Of a stretch of 64,000 nt of DNA, positions 46,540 through 56,088 are shown piece after piece. The position numbers were made by a program, and so were the translations under genes. Under the pieces are notes generated by a model. The model worked only from the letters and a program-made list of their open reading frames with translations, made no database searches and was not told the origin of the DNA. The DNA is taken from the NCBI GenBank assembly GCA_963784695.1, contig CAWARZ010000006.1, positions 979,647 to 1,043,646 of the forward strand, written 5' to 3'. The number at the start of each line of letters is the position of its first letter. Position 1 is the first letter of the stretch. This DNA comes from an uncultured Chloroflexia bacterium. GTDB taxonomy: Bacteria > Chloroflexota > Chloroflexia > QHBQ01 > JAICKM01.

Positions 46540-48534
46540 ATGTCACGGCACCGTACCTCCACCGGGCTGCGCTCCGCCGGCCCACTCCTGGTGATCCTGG
46601 CGCTCCTGCTGGCCGCCTGCGGCACCGAGCCCGCGGCGCCCACGCCCATCACGGGAGCCACGGCCCCCACCGCCGCCGCCGCGACGGCGGCGCCGGCCAC
46701 ACAGGTTGCCGCCGGCCAACAGGGTCCCACGATGAAGAACCCGAACCAGGTGGTCGTGGTCAGCCAGGATCTCGGCTGGGAGGATTTCGATCCGGCCTAC
46801 TGCTACAACGTCGGCTGTTCCGAAACCATCCAGAATATCTACGACGGCCTGATTCTGCCCAAGCAGGAGAAGGTCGACGAGTTCATTCCGCAACTGGCCA
46901 CCAAGTGGGATATCAGCCCGGACGGCAAGACCTACACGTTCACGATCCGGCAGGGCGTGAAGTTCCAGCAGGGACAGGCGCTGACGCCGGAAGACGTCGC
47001 CTACAGCTTCTGGCGCGCCATGGCGCAGGACCGCGCGGGCGGGCCGTCCTGGCTGCTGTTGCAGCCGTTCTTCGGCCTCAACGTGCAGAGCTTCGCCTCC
47101 GACGTGGTCACCACACAGAACAAGGGCGATTGGGCGGCGGCCTGCACAGCGCTGCAGCAGAAGGTGACGTTCGATAACGCCGCCGGGACCGTCACGCTGC
47201 ACCTCGCGCAGGCCTTCCCGCCGTTCATGCAGATCCTCGCCGGCACGTGGGCCTACGTCGTCAGCAAGCCCTGGGTAACCGCGCAGGGCGGCTGGGACGG
47301 CAGCTGCGCCACCGTGCAAAAGTACCACGACCCGCAGCAGGAGGCCGACGAGCTGTTCAAGGTGGCGAACGGCACCGGCCCCTATATGCTCGACCACTGG
47401 ACGCCCGCCGAGGAGATCGCCATCGTGCGTAACCCGACCTACTGGCGTACGGAACCGATGTGGGACGGCGGGCCGTCGGGCCTGGCGCGCATCGAGCGTG
47501 TGACCTGGAAGGTGAGCAAGGAGTGGGGCACGCGCCTCTCCGCGCTCGAGGCCGGCGACGCCGACTACGTCGATATCCCGGACCCCTACCGCGACCAGGT
47601 CGATCCGCTCGTCAAGGAGACGTGCGATTACCGCACGAATCAGTGCACGACGGTGAATCCCAACGGCTCTATCAAGCTCTACAAATATGTGCCGACCGAT
47701 AACCAGGCGGGCGCTTACTTCCTGACGCAGCACGTCGACGTAAGCGGCGGCAACACGCACGTGGGGTCCGGGGTGATGGATGGAGGCGGGGTGCCCCCCG
47801 ACTTCTTCGCCGACGTGCACGTGCGCAAGGCCTTCAACTACGTCTACGACGCGCAGACGATCATCGACCAGGTCTACAAGGGCGAGGCCGCGCCGGGCAC
47901 CGGCTTACTGCTGCCCGGCGTGCTCGGCTATCAGGCCGACCAGCCCACCTACTCCTATGACCTGGCCAAGGCTGCCGACGAATTCAAGGCCGCCACGCTC
48001 AAGTCGCCCGACGGCAAGACGCTCTGGGACACCGGCTTCACCCTCGAGTACCTCTGGGACGAGGGCGGCACGCACGTCGAGGGAGATATCCTGAAGGACA
48101 GCCTCGCCAAGGTGAATCCGAAGTTCAAGCTGAACGAGGTTGCGGGCAGCTTCGACGCGATGACTAAGGACTTCCTGGCCGGGCGGACCCCACTGTTCGG
48201 CTGGGGCTGGGTCGAGGACTTCCACGATCCGCACGACTGGGTCTTCCCCTACCTGGGATCGACCGGCGCCTTCGCCAGCGTGCAGCACTTCGCTCCCGAT
48301 CTGCAGACGCAATTCGACCAGATGATCGCGCAAGGGATCCAGGAGACGGACAGCGCGAAGCGGGCTGCGCTCTACCACCAGCTCGACGTCATGACCTACG
48401 ACAACGCGCTGGATATCTTCGTCGTGCGGCCCACGGGGCGGCGCTACGAGCCGGAGTGGATCCACGGCTGGTACGGCACGCGCAACCCGCTGGAGCCGGG
48501 CAACTACTACTACTTCTACTCCAAGGGGACGTAA
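46540..48534 (+). CDS. ABC transporter substrate-binding lipoprotein, family 5 (peptide/nickel, OppA/DppA-like)
   Basis: Track ORF 46540..48534 with an AAAGGAGAA RBS and the lipobox LLLAAC|G. It has the family-5 layout (…GTGPYMLDHWTPAEEIAIVRNPTYW…). Confidence 0.9.
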   Translation: MSRHRTSTGLRSAGPLLVILALLLAACGTEPAAPTPITGATAPTAAAATAAPATQVAAGQQGPTMKNPNQVVVVSQDLGWEDFDPAYCYNVGCSETIQNIYDGLILPKQEKVDEFIPQLATKWDISPDGKTYTFTIRQGVKFQQGQALTPEDVAYSFWRAMAQDRAGGPSWLLLQPFFGLNVQSFASDVVTTQNKGDWAAACTALQQKVTFDNAAGTVTLHLAQAFPPFMQILAGTWAYVVSKPWVTAQGGWDGSCATVQKYHDPQQEADELFKVANGTGPYMLDHWTPAEEIAIVRNPTYWRTEPMWDGGPSGLARIERVTWKVSKEWGTRLSALEAGDADYVDIPDPYRDQVDPLVKETCDYRTNQCTTVNPNGSIKLYKYVPTDNQAGAYFLTQHVDVSGGNTHVGSGVMDGGGVPPDFFADVHVRKAFNYVYDAQTIIDQVYKGEAAPGTGLLLPGVLGYQADQPTYSYDLAKAADEFKAATLKSPDGKTLWDTGFTLEYLWDEGGTHVEGDILKDSLAKVNPKFKLNEVAGSFDAMTKDFLAGRTPLFGWGWVEDFHDPHDWVFPYLGSTGAFASVQHFAPDLQTQFDQMIAQGIQETDSAKRAALYHQLDVMTYDNALDIFVVRPTGRRYEPEWIHGWYGTRNPLEPGNYYYFYSKGT

Positions 48535-48646
48535 GCGCGGCCCACCCACGCGCCGCCCCGGGAGCCCGGCCAGGCTCCCGGGGCGGATCGCGCGGGTGCT
48601 CGGGCCGTGCGCTACGGCCGGCTGTTGCCGCGCCGACAGGATTGCC

Positions 48647-49675
48647 ATGATCACCTACATCGTCCGCCGTCTCTTGATCCTGCCGATCACGCTCGTGGGC
48701 CTGAGCGTGCTCATCTTCGCCATGCTCAGTCTGCTCGATCCCGTGCAGCGCGCGATGATGTACGAGGCCTCGCCGCCCAAGACTCCCGACGCGCTGGCCA
48801 GCCTGATCCACAAGCACCGGCTCGACCAGCCAATCTGGGTGCAATACGCCGACTGGGCAGGCAACCTGCTCCACGGCGACCTGGGCTGGTCGCGCAGCAG
48901 CCAGCAGCCGGTGCTGCAAGCCTTCGGCAGCTACTTCCCGGCCACGCTGGAGCTGACGATCTGGAGCTTCATCCCCATGATCCTGATCGGCATCTGGCTC
49001 GGCATGCTGGCCGCGCGCCACCACGGCCGGCTGCTCGACCACATCGTGCGCCTCGGCACCGTGGTCGCCTTTTCGTTTCCGAGCTTCGTGCTGGCGGTCG
49101 GCCTGGTGCTCGTCTTCTACGCCGGGCTGCAGTGGCTGCCCCCCGGGCGGCTGTCGGAATGGGCGCGCGTGGCCGCAAGCGATCCCGCGTTCCAGCACTG
49201 GACCGGCATGTACACCGTCGACGGCGTGCTCAACGGGCGCCTGGACGTCGCGCTGGACGCACTGCGGCACATGCTGTTGCCCATGCTCACGTTGAGCTAC
49301 GGCGGGATCGCCGTGCTGGCGCGGGTGACCCGCGCGTCCATGCTCGAAGCCCTGCAACAGGAGTACGCGACGGTGGCCTGGGCCAAGGGGCTGTCGACGC
49401 GCGCGGTGGCGCGCCGCCATGCCCGACCGAACGCTCTGATCCCGGTGACGACGCTGGGCGGGCTGACGGTCGCCGGGCTGTTGAGCGGGGCGGGCATCAC
49501 CGAGATCGTGTTTGACTACCACGGCATCGGCTGGTGGGCGGTGAACGCCGCCGCCACGCTCGACACGCCCGCCGTGTTGGCGTTTGCGCTGCTGACGGGC
49601 TTGCTCCTCGTGCTCTGCAACCTGGTCGTCGACGCACTATATGCCCTGCTGGATCCCCGCATCCGGCTGCAGTAG
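48647..49675 (+). CDS. ABC transporter permease (DppB/OppB-like)
   Basis: Track ORF 48596..49675, start at MITYIVRRLLILPITLVG. The EAA-type loop reads ...YATVAWAKGLSTRAVARRHARPNALIPVTT. Confidence 0.9.
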   Translation: MITYIVRRLLILPITLVGLSVLIFAMLSLLDPVQRAMMYEASPPKTPDALASLIHKHRLDQPIWVQYADWAGNLLHGDLGWSRSSQQPVLQAFGSYFPATLELTIWSFIPMILIGIWLGMLAARHHGRLLDHIVRLGTVVAFSFPSFVLAVGLVLVFYAGLQWLPPGRLSEWARVAASDPAFQHWTGMYTVDGVLNGRLDVALDALRHMLLPMLTLSYGGIAVLARVTRASMLEALQQEYATVAWAKGLSTRAVARRHARPNALIPVTTLGGLTVAGLLSGAGITEIVFDYHGIGWWAVNAAATLDTPAVLAFALLTGLLLVLCNLVVDALYALLDPRIRLQ

Positions 49676-49693
49676 GAAGGAGACTTTCCGGCG

Positions 49694-50632
49694 ATGGCAA
49701 CCACCGAAGGCCTGCTTGCCCCGGTCCAGGAACGCGTGCAGCGGCGGGTGCGACTGGGGCGCACGGCGCGGTTACTGCTGCGCAATCGCCTCGCCGTGCT
49801 CGGCGCGGGGATCATCCTCCTGCTCGCCGTGGTCGCCCTGGCGGCGCCGCTGCTCGCGCCGCCGGCCGACCCGGACCGCGCGTTCGAGATCCCGCGCGAC
49901 GGCTACCAGCCCGACCCCTCGCCGCCGAGTGCCGCCCATCCGCTCGGCACCACGCAGAGCCAGTATGACCTCTGGTACGGGCTCGTCTGGGGCGCGCGGA
50001 CCGCCTTCATGGTCGGCCTGCTGCTACCTGGCCTGACGCTGCTGATCGGCGCGACAATCGGCGCGCTGGCAGCCTACGCGGGGGGCTGGGCTGACGAGAT
50101 CACGCAGCGCGTCGTCGAGGTCTTCATGGCCTTCCCCTTCTTGCTGGCCGCGCTGACCCTCGCCTCGGTCCTCGCGCCGCGGCTGCACAACCCGATGCTG
50201 AGCGCGATGATCGCGCTGGTGGCCTTCGGCTGGCCGGGCTACGCGCGCCTGATCCGCGGCGAGGTGCTGTCCGTGAAAGGGCGGGACTACGTGCTCGGCG
50301 CGCGGGTGATCGGCGCGCGCCACCGGCAGATCCTGCTGCGCCACGTGCTGCCCAACGCGCTGCCGACGCTCGTCGTCTTCGTGGCGCTCGACGTCGGGGG
50401 CTCGGTGCTGGCCTTCTCGGGGCTCAGCTTCCTGGGGCTCGGCGCGCCCGAAGGCTACGCCGACTGGGGCGGCCTGCTAAGCTATGCGCGCAACTGGCTG
50501 CCGATGCTCAGCACCTACTGGTACATCGTCGTCTTCCCGGGAGGCGCGCTGCTGCTCTTCAGCCTGGGCTGGAACCTGGTGGGCGACGCCCTGCGCGACG
50601 TGCTCGACCCGCGGATGCGCAGCCGGGCGTGA
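49694..50632 (+). CDS. ABC transporter permease (DppC/OppC-like)
   Basis: Track ORF 49694..50632 with an AAGGAG RBS. The HPLGTTQSQYDLWYGLVWGARTAF and ...DYVLGARVIGARHRQILLRHVLPNA blocks are present. Confidence 0.9.
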   Translation: MATTEGLLAPVQERVQRRVRLGRTARLLLRNRLAVLGAGIILLLAVVALAAPLLAPPADPDRAFEIPRDGYQPDPSPPSAAHPLGTTQSQYDLWYGLVWGARTAFMVGLLLPGLTLLIGATIGALAAYAGGWADEITQRVVEVFMAFPFLLAALTLASVLAPRLHNPMLSAMIALVAFGWPGYARLIRGEVLSVKGRDYVLGARVIGARHRQILLRHVLPNALPTLVVFVALDVGGSVLAFSGLSFLGLGAPEGYADWGGLLSYARNWLPMLSTYWYIVVFPGGALLLFSLGWNLVGDALRDVLDPRMRSRA

Positions 50633-50650
50633 GGGGCGGCCGCCACGCGC

Positions 50651-53176
50651 TCAGGCGACGATGTTGATCAGCCGCCCCGGCACGTAGACGATCTGGCGGA
50701 TGGCCCGGCCGTCGAGGTGCTGGGCGACGCGGGGACTGGCGAGGGCGCGCGCCCGTGCCTCGGCCTCGTCGACGTCGACAGGCATCTCGATGCGATCGCG
50801 CACCTTGCCGTTGACCTGGATGACCAGCTCGACCGCGTCGGCGGCGGCCAGGTCGGGGTTGTAGCGCGGCCAGGGCTGCTGGTGGATGCTGCCCGTGCCG
50901 CCGAGCATCTGCCAGAGCTCCTCGGTGATGTGCGGTGCGATGGGCGCCAACAGCAGCAACAGCGTCTGCGCCACCTGGTTGTAGACCACGGAGACACCGT
51001 GCGCGTCGCGGTACGCGCTCATCGCGTTGGTCAGCTCCATCAGGGCGCTGACCGCGGTGTTGAAGTGGAAGCGCGCGATGTCGTCGGTGACGCGACGGAT
51101 CGTGGTGTGCGCCTGGCGGAGCAGGGCGCGCTCGGGCGGCCGGTAGCCGGCCGGGTCCCGCTGCGAGCCTTCGCCGGCCGAGGCGACCGTGACGCCGTCG
51201 AACAGGCGCCAGACGCGGTTGAGGAAGCGCCGGGAGCCCTCCACGCCCTGATCGTTCCACTCGGCGTCAAGCTCGGGCGGGCCCATGAAGAGGATAAAGA
51301 CGCGCCCGGTGTCCGCGCCGTACTGCTCGACGAGTTCGTCGACGGGCACGACGTTGCCTTTCGACTTCGACATCTTGGCGCCGCCCTTGGTGATCATGCC
51401 CTGCGTGAACAGCCGCTTGAAGGGCTCATCCACCGGGCTCCAGCCCGCGTCGTAGAGCACCTTCGTGCAGAAGCGGGCGTAAAGCAGGTGCAGGATGGCG
51501 TGCTCGACCCCCCCGGTATATTGATCCACCGGCATCCAGTACTCCGCCTTCTCGGGCGCGAAGGGCGCCAGCGGATTGTGCGGGTCGCAGAAGCGCAGGA
51601 AGTACCACGAGCTGTCCACGAAGGTGTCCAGCGTGTCGACGTCGCGGGTGGCCGGACCCTGGCACTGCGGGCACGTGGTGTGCACGAACGCCTCGTCGCG
51701 GGCCAACGGGCTCTCGCCGGTCGGGCGGAAGTCGACGTTGTAGGGGAGCAGAACCGGCAAGGCATCCTCAGGCACGGGCACGGTGCCGCAGTTCGGGCAA
51801 TAGACAATGGGGATGGGCGGGCCCCAGTAGCGCTGGCGGCTGATCAGCCAGTCGCGCAGGCGAAACACCACCGCCGCGCGGCCCTGCCCGCGCGTCTCGG
51901 CAGCCGCGATGACGTCGGCCTTGGCCGCATCGGTGGTCAGGCCGTCGAGGGGCCCGCTGTTGATCAGCGTGCCGGGGCCGGTATAGAGCGGCGGCGTGTC
52001 GGGCCCGCCCTTGATCACCGGGACTTGCGCCGGGTCGGGCGCGGGCCCATCGGGCGCGACGACCTGCGGGGCCACGCCGGCCGGCGGCGCGACCACCGGC
52101 ACGATCGGCAGGCCGTGGCGCAGCGCGAAGTCGTAATCGCGCTCGTCCCCACCCGGCACGGCCATGATGGCGCCCGTGCCGTAGGTCGCCAGCACGTAGT
52201 CTGCGATATAGATCGGGATGGGCTGGTCCGTGAACGGGTTGCGGACGGCGCTGCCCAGCGGGATGCCCGTCTTCACCTTGTCGGTCGCCAGGCGCTCGAT
52301 CTCGGTCTCGCGCCGCGTCTCCTCCAGGTAGGCGGCGACGGCTCCTTGCTGCTCGGGCACGGTTAGCTGGGGCACGAGCGGGTGCTCGGGCGCCAGCACC
52401 ATGAAGGTCGCGCCATAGACGGTGTCGGGGCGCGTGGTGAAGAAGCGGATGCGCGCATCCTGGCCCTCGACCGGCCACTCGAGCTCGGCGCCCTCCGAGC
52501 GGCCGATCCAGTTCCGCTGCATCACGCGCACGCGCTCGGGCCAGTCCTCCAACTGGTCCAACTCGGCCAGCAGCCGGTCGGCGTAGTCGGTGATCTTGAA
52601 GAACCACTGGCTCAGGTCCTTCTTGGTGACCAGGGAGCCGCAGCGCTCGCAGCGGCCGTTGACTACCTGCTCGTTCGCCAGCACGGTCTGGTCGACCGGG
52701 CACCAATTGGCCGGGGCCAGCTTCTTGTAGGCCAGACCGCGCTTGTACAGGAGCAGGAAGAGCCACTGCGTCCAGCGGTAATAGTCAGGCAGGCACGAGG
52801 CGACCTCGCGATGCCAGTCGTAGACGATGCCCATCTCGAAGAACTGCTCTTTCATGCGCTGGATGTTGGCCAGGGTGCGGTCCTGCGGGTGCACGCCCTC
52901 CTTGAGCGCGGCGTTCTCGGCGGGCAGGCCAAAGGCGTCCCAGCCCATGGGATTCATGACGTTATAGCCGAGCATGGTCCGATAGCGCGTGATGACGTCG
53001 CCGATGGTGTAGTTGCGCATGTGGCCGACGTGGAGATCGCCCGACGGGTAGGGGAACATGACAAGCTCATAGAACTTCGGCTTGTCACTGCGCTCTTCGC
53101 TGTAGTATATTTTAGCGTCCTGCCAGTAGCGCTGCCACTTCGGCTCGATCGCCTGGGGCACATATCGGCTTTCCAT
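50651..53176 (-). CDS. leuS: leucine--tRNA ligase
   Basis: Track ORF 50651..53224, ATG 53176 behind AAGGAGG. It has the HIGH-type motif [11 protein letters not shown], the KMSKS motif and the CP1 editing domain. Confidence 0.96.
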   Translation of the reverse strand: MESRYVPQAIEPKWQRYWQDAKIYYSEERSDKPKFYELVMFPYPSGDLHVGHMRNYTIGDVITRYRTMLGYNVMNPMGWDAFGLPAENAALKEGVHPQDRTLANIQRMKEQFFEMGIVYDWHREVASCLPDYYRWTQWLFLLLYKRGLAYKKLAPANWCPVDQTVLANEQVVNGRCERCGSLVTKKDLSQWFFKITDYADRLLAELDQLEDWPERVRVMQRNWIGRSEGAELEWPVEGQDARIRFFTTRPDTVYGATFMVLAPEHPLVPQLTVPEQQGAVAAYLEETRRETEIERLATDKVKTGIPLGSAVRNPFTDQPIPIYIADYVLATYGTGAIMAVPGGDERDYDFALRHGLPIVPVVAPPAGVAPQVVAPDGPAPDPAQVPVIKGGPDTPPLYTGPGTLINSGPLDGLTTDAAKADVIAAAETRGQGRAAVVFRLRDWLISRQRYWGPPIPIVYCPNCGTVPVPEDALPVLLPYNVDFRPTGESPLARDEAFVHTTCPQCQGPATRDVDTLDTFVDSSWYFLRFCDPHNPLAPFAPEKAEYWMPVDQYTGGVEHAILHLLYARFCTKVLYDAGWSPVDEPFKRLFTQGMITKGGAKMSKSKGNVVPVDELVEQYGADTGRVFILFMGPPELDAEWNDQGVEGSRRFLNRVWRLFDGVTVASAGEGSQRDPAGYRPPERALLRQAHTTIRRVTDDIARFHFNTAVSALMELTNAMSAYRDAHGVSVVYNQVAQTLLLLLAPIAPHITEELWQMLGGTGSIHQQPWPRYNPDLAAADAVELVIQVNGKVRDRIEMPVDVDEAEARARALASPRVAQHLDGRAIRQIVYVPGRLINIVA

Positions 53177-53270
53177 CGGAGGGCCTCCTTGCCCGGGCTC
53201 GCGCCGGTTCCGACCGACGCGCATGCGTATTGTTCCGGCCGCGAGGGCGGCCGCTCACCGGGGATCCTGC

Positions 53271-54515
53271 ATGACTCACACCACGCTGCCACGCACCGCC
53301 GCCACGACGCGCCCGCTCGTGCCGGGCCTGCAGCGGCCCGTGCTCGTCGCCGGGCTGATCGGCCTGGTCTACCTGGGCCTGCTGGCCTGGCTCTGGCAGC
53401 ACTTCGGCGGCGACCCGCAGGCGTTCATCCATCAGGGCACGATCTGGCGCGACGGCAACGCACAGGGCACCTGGGGCTACGACGGCCAGTTTTACTATTA
53501 CATCGCCCTGCACCCGCTGCACGCGGTGCAGTTCCTCGACCTGCCGACGATCCGGCTGCAGCGCATCTTCTACCCGCTCGTCATCATCGCCGTGTCGCTG
53601 GCGCAGCGCCCGCTGATGCCCTACGCGATGCTGCTCATCAACTGGGCGGCCGTGGTCGGCGGCACCTGGATGGTCGCGGCGCTGCTGCGGCGGTGGGGCC
53701 GCAGCCCCTGGTGGGCGCTGAGCTACGCGCTGGCCTCGGGCATCCCGGTGGCCCTGCAGTTCGACACGGCCGAGCCGCTGGCCTTCGCGCTGGTCATCGC
53801 GGGCGTGGCCTGCTGGGAGCACGTGCGCCCCGCCTCCGCGCCCGTCTGGCCTGCGCCCGGGACGGCGGAGGACAGGAGCGCGCTGCGCTGGATGATCGCC
53901 GGGGCGGCCGCCTTCGCCGCCGCGCTGCTGACGCGCGAGCTTGCGGCCTACTTCGTGGCCGCCTACGCGGGCGGCGCGCTCTTCCGGCGCGACTGGCGCG
54001 GCATCGGCTGGGCGCTGCTGCCGTTCGTGCCTGTAACGCTGTGGGGCCTCGGGCTCAGCGCCACGCTGCACAGCCTGAGCGTGGCGCAAGTGCAGCCCTT
54101 CGAGTTCATGCCGTTCCTGGCCTTCTGGGTCGGCGGCAACCTGAGCGATCCGACCTGGCGCTCGGCGGGCTACGCGGCGCAATACATCGGCCCGACGATC
54201 ATCTTCGGCGGGCTGGCGCTGAGCAACCTGGCGGGCCGGGCGTGGGCGTGGGTGCGCGCCCGCGGCTGGGATCCGCCCTCGCCGCTGCTCTTCGCCGTGC
54301 TCGGCAACGTGCACCTGCTCACCTTCCTGCCCCGGCTGGGCTACCAGCACCAGGTGGCGGTCAGCCGCTACGCCCTGGGCCTCGCCCTGGCGGCCGTGCT
54401 CTGGGCCGGAGCGAGCCGCCCGCGCTGGCTGCTCTGGCTCACCCCGCTCGCCGCGCTCACCCTGATCGCCTATGCCTACGGCCTGATCACGCAGGATCCC
54501 GCCTATCTCTGGTAG
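53271..54515 (+). CDS. polytopic membrane protein, possible GT-C-like glycosyltransferase or glycopolymer-assembly protein
   Basis: Track ORF 53223..54515, start tentatively at MTHTTLPR. There are at least 10 hydrophobic segments. The N-terminal QGTWGYDGQFYYYIALHP motif resembles membrane glycopolymer-formation families. The assignment is weak. Confidence 0.6.
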   Translation: MTHTTLPRTAATTRPLVPGLQRPVLVAGLIGLVYLGLLAWLWQHFGGDPQAFIHQGTIWRDGNAQGTWGYDGQFYYYIALHPLHAVQFLDLPTIRLQRIFYPLVIIAVSLAQRPLMPYAMLLINWAAVVGGTWMVAALLRRWGRSPWWALSYALASGIPVALQFDTAEPLAFALVIAGVACWEHVRPASAPVWPAPGTAEDRSALRWMIAGAAAFAAALLTRELAAYFVAAYAGGALFRRDWRGIGWALLPFVPVTLWGLGLSATLHSLSVAQVQPFEFMPFLAFWVGGNLSDPTWRSAGYAAQYIGPTIIFGGLALSNLAGRAWAWVRARGWDPPSPLLFAVLGNVHLLTFLPRLGYQHQVAVSRYALGLALAAVLWAGASRPRWLLWLTPLAALTLIAYAYGLITQDPAYLW

Positions 54516-54524
54516 CGCGCGGGC

Positions 54525-54846
54525 AACAAAAACGGCCCCCCGCCCCGCGCACACCCGTGCGCCAAGGGACGAGAGGCCGGCAAACCTCGCGCGGTACCAC
54601 CCTGCTTGAGCCCGGCGCCTCACGGCGCCGCGCCCCACTTGATCCGCGCTAACGGGCGGACCCGGCCCGGCTCAGGCGCGGCGCCGAGACGGCAGTCTCA
54701 GGCGAGCGCGGTCACCGGTGCGGCTCCCAGGCGAGTTCGGCCTTGCGGCCCGCCGCGGCGGACCCTCCTTGCCGGCTTGCACCATCCCGGCTCGCTGCGG
54801 CGGAACGGCCTACTGCTCCTGTTCGTGGCCTGTGCTATATACGCAA
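54525..54846 (-). ncRNA. candidate structured RNA or structured 3' trailer downstream of tRNA-Ala; family unknown
   Basis: This is a 320-nt non-coding gap between convergent features. On the minus strand it forms several perfect hairpins with GNRA-type loops: GGCGCC-GTGA-GGCGCC and GGCC-GCAA-GGCC. It also forms GAGAC-TGCC-GTCTC and GCGCAC-GGGT-GTGCGC. An 8-bp long-range pair GCCGGCAA/TTGCCGGC is possible, and the stretch ends in GGCCGTTTTTGTT near 54524-54537. Confidence 0.3.
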
Positions 54847-54870
54847 CCAGGCTCCACAACGGGAGCCTGG
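54847..54870 (-). terminator. 9-bp hairpin CCAGGCTCC-N6-GGAGCCTGG immediately 3' of tRNA-Ala
   Basis: It starts 9 nt after the encoded CCA end. On the minus strand it is followed by TTGCGTATAT, a weak U-tract. Confidence 0.4.
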
Positions 54871-54878
54871 ACGCTACA

Positions 54879-54954
54879 TGGTGGAGATGAGGGGGCTCGA
54901 ACCCCTGACCCCGACACTGCCAGTGTCGTGCTCTCCCAGCTGAGCTACATCCCC
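54879..54954 (-). tRNA. tRNA-Ala (anticodon GGC), CCA encoded
   Basis: The reverse complement reads GGGGATGTAGCTCAGCTGGGAGAGCACGACACTGGCAGTGTCGGGGTCAGGGGTTCGAGCCCCCTCATCTCCACCA. It folds as a cloverleaf with a 7-bp acceptor stem including the G3:U70 alanine identity pair, anticodon loop CTGGCAG and T-loop GTTCGAGC. Confidence 0.96.
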
Positions 54955-54964
54955 ATGCGGTGGC

Positions 54965-54993
54965 ATTATACCAAAACCCGGGGCGAAATGCAA
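54965..54993 (-). promoter_or_regulatory. near-consensus promoter TTGCAT-17nt-(TGg)TATAAT driving tRNA-Ala
   Basis: The minus strand reads TTGCATttcgccccgggttTTGGTATAATgccaccgcaT|GGGGATG. The predicted start lies only a few nt before the mature tRNA 5' end. Confidence 0.6.
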
Positions 54994-55245
54994 GCCGCGG
55001 GCGGGGCGCGCGCCTGGGCCGTCGCCCTTGTGACCCCGCTGCTGTGGGAGCACGCCCAGCTGTTCGAGCACTAAAGCTTCGAGGAGACTAACCTCTGGGC
55101 GGCCGGCGACCGCTCCGGGGAAGTGGGGAGCGGCCAAGCTCCAGCTGTCCAGCGCCCTGAAGTGTCTCGCACCGATCCCGCAACAGTCCGCTTGGATCCG
55201 CGGCAAGGCTCATCGCCCAGGACAACTCATTTCCGAGTGCGCTAC

Positions 55246-56088
55246 CTAACCGCGCAGGCGCTCCTGCTCTTGCTGCATCAGCGTGACCCTGTTCTGAACT
55301 TCGCTCACCTGCTTGAGAAGCATCGCGATCTCAAGCTCGGCTTTCAGGTTTACCTGGTAGTCGAGATCGGCCTTGACCCGATCCTTGTCCGCCTGCCGGC
55401 TCTGACCGATCAGCACGAATATCGATAGCAGGATCGACTCCAGTGATATCATCATCGTCAGGAAGTTGAAGGGGAACGGATCGAACAGCAACGCGCTATC
55501 CGACTGGTTCACCAGTATCCAGACCGCGAACACCACGACATTGATGGTCAGGAAGACCAGGGTACCGCTGAAGTCGGCGATCAAGTAGGCCAGGCGCTGC
55601 CACACGCTCAGCTGCGCCTCGTCGACCACGTTCGCGTTGCGGCTGGCGCGGTACTGCAACAGATGCTCGGTTTCGCGCAGCCTGCGGGCCAAGCCCATTA
55701 TGGCGTACCTGGCGCTCTTTGGGTGGCGCTCCAGGAAGGCGAAGAAGACTTCGCTATCGAGTTCTACCAATGCTACCTTGGTGAGCGCCCTGGCGCGCAC
55801 CTGCCGCGGGTCGCCCGTCACCAGGGCTTCCACGCCGAAGTACTCACCCGCGGCGACCACGTCAAGGGGCACGTAGCGCCCCTCCTCATCGCGCAGTGAT
55901 AGCTGCACCTGCCCACTCAGAATCAGGTAGCCACCCGGCAGACCGGCGCGCGTGTTTCCCGGCGCACCGATCTCCTCGCCGGGACTGAATGAGCGCTCAT
56001 TGAGCAGCGCGATAAGCTGCCGGAGGTCGTCCGCCGACAGATCGCGAAAGAGCGGAATTGTCTGCATTGCATCGACATCAGGTTCCAA
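55246..56088 (-). CDS. cyclic-nucleotide-binding domain fused to a DUF1003 membrane domain
   Basis: Track ORF 55246..56088, TTG start 6 nt after GAGGAGG. The N-terminal cNMP-binding fold reads IPLFRDLSADDLRQL...GEYFGVEALVTGDPRQVRARAL. The C-terminal DUF1003 region reads FSGTLVFLTINVVVFAVWILVN...FDPFPFNFLTMMISLESILLSIFVLIGQSRQADKDRVKADLDYQVNLKAELEI. Confidence 0.8.
   Translation of the reverse strand: MEPDVDAMQTIPLFRDLSADDLRQLIALLNERSFSPGEEIGAPGNTRAGLPGGYLILSGQVQLSLRDEEGRYVPLDVVAAGEYFGVEALVTGDPRQVRARALTKVALVELDSEVFFAFLERHPKSARYAIMGLARRLRETEHLLQYRASRNANVVDEAQLSVWQRLAYLIADFSGTLVFLTINVVVFAVWILVNQSDSALLFDPFPFNFLTMMISLESILLSIFVLIGQSRQADKDRVKADLDYQVNLKAELEIAMLLKQVSEVQNRVTLMQQEQERLRG

Noticed and set aside
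54829-54840. TGTGCTATATAC as a plus-strand extended -10 promoter
   Set aside because: It would drive transcription antisense through the tRNA gene with no downstream plus-strand target. It more likely belongs to the AU-rich tail after the tRNA hairpin on the minus strand.
54525-54846. Assigning the structured region after tRNA-Ala to RNase P, SRP RNA, tmRNA, 6S RNA or a riboswitch
   Set aside because: There is a partial resemblance on the plus strand (CTGCTTGAGCC as in E. coli M1 RNA), but the 5' P4 strand would fall inside the upstream coding gene and is absent. There is no SRP helix-8 GGAA/AGCAGC core, no tRNA-like termini for tmRNA, and no B12 box or TPP CUGAGA...ACCUGAUCUGG context. No gene lies downstream on either strand for a riboswitch to control. 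It is kept only as an unassigned candidate.
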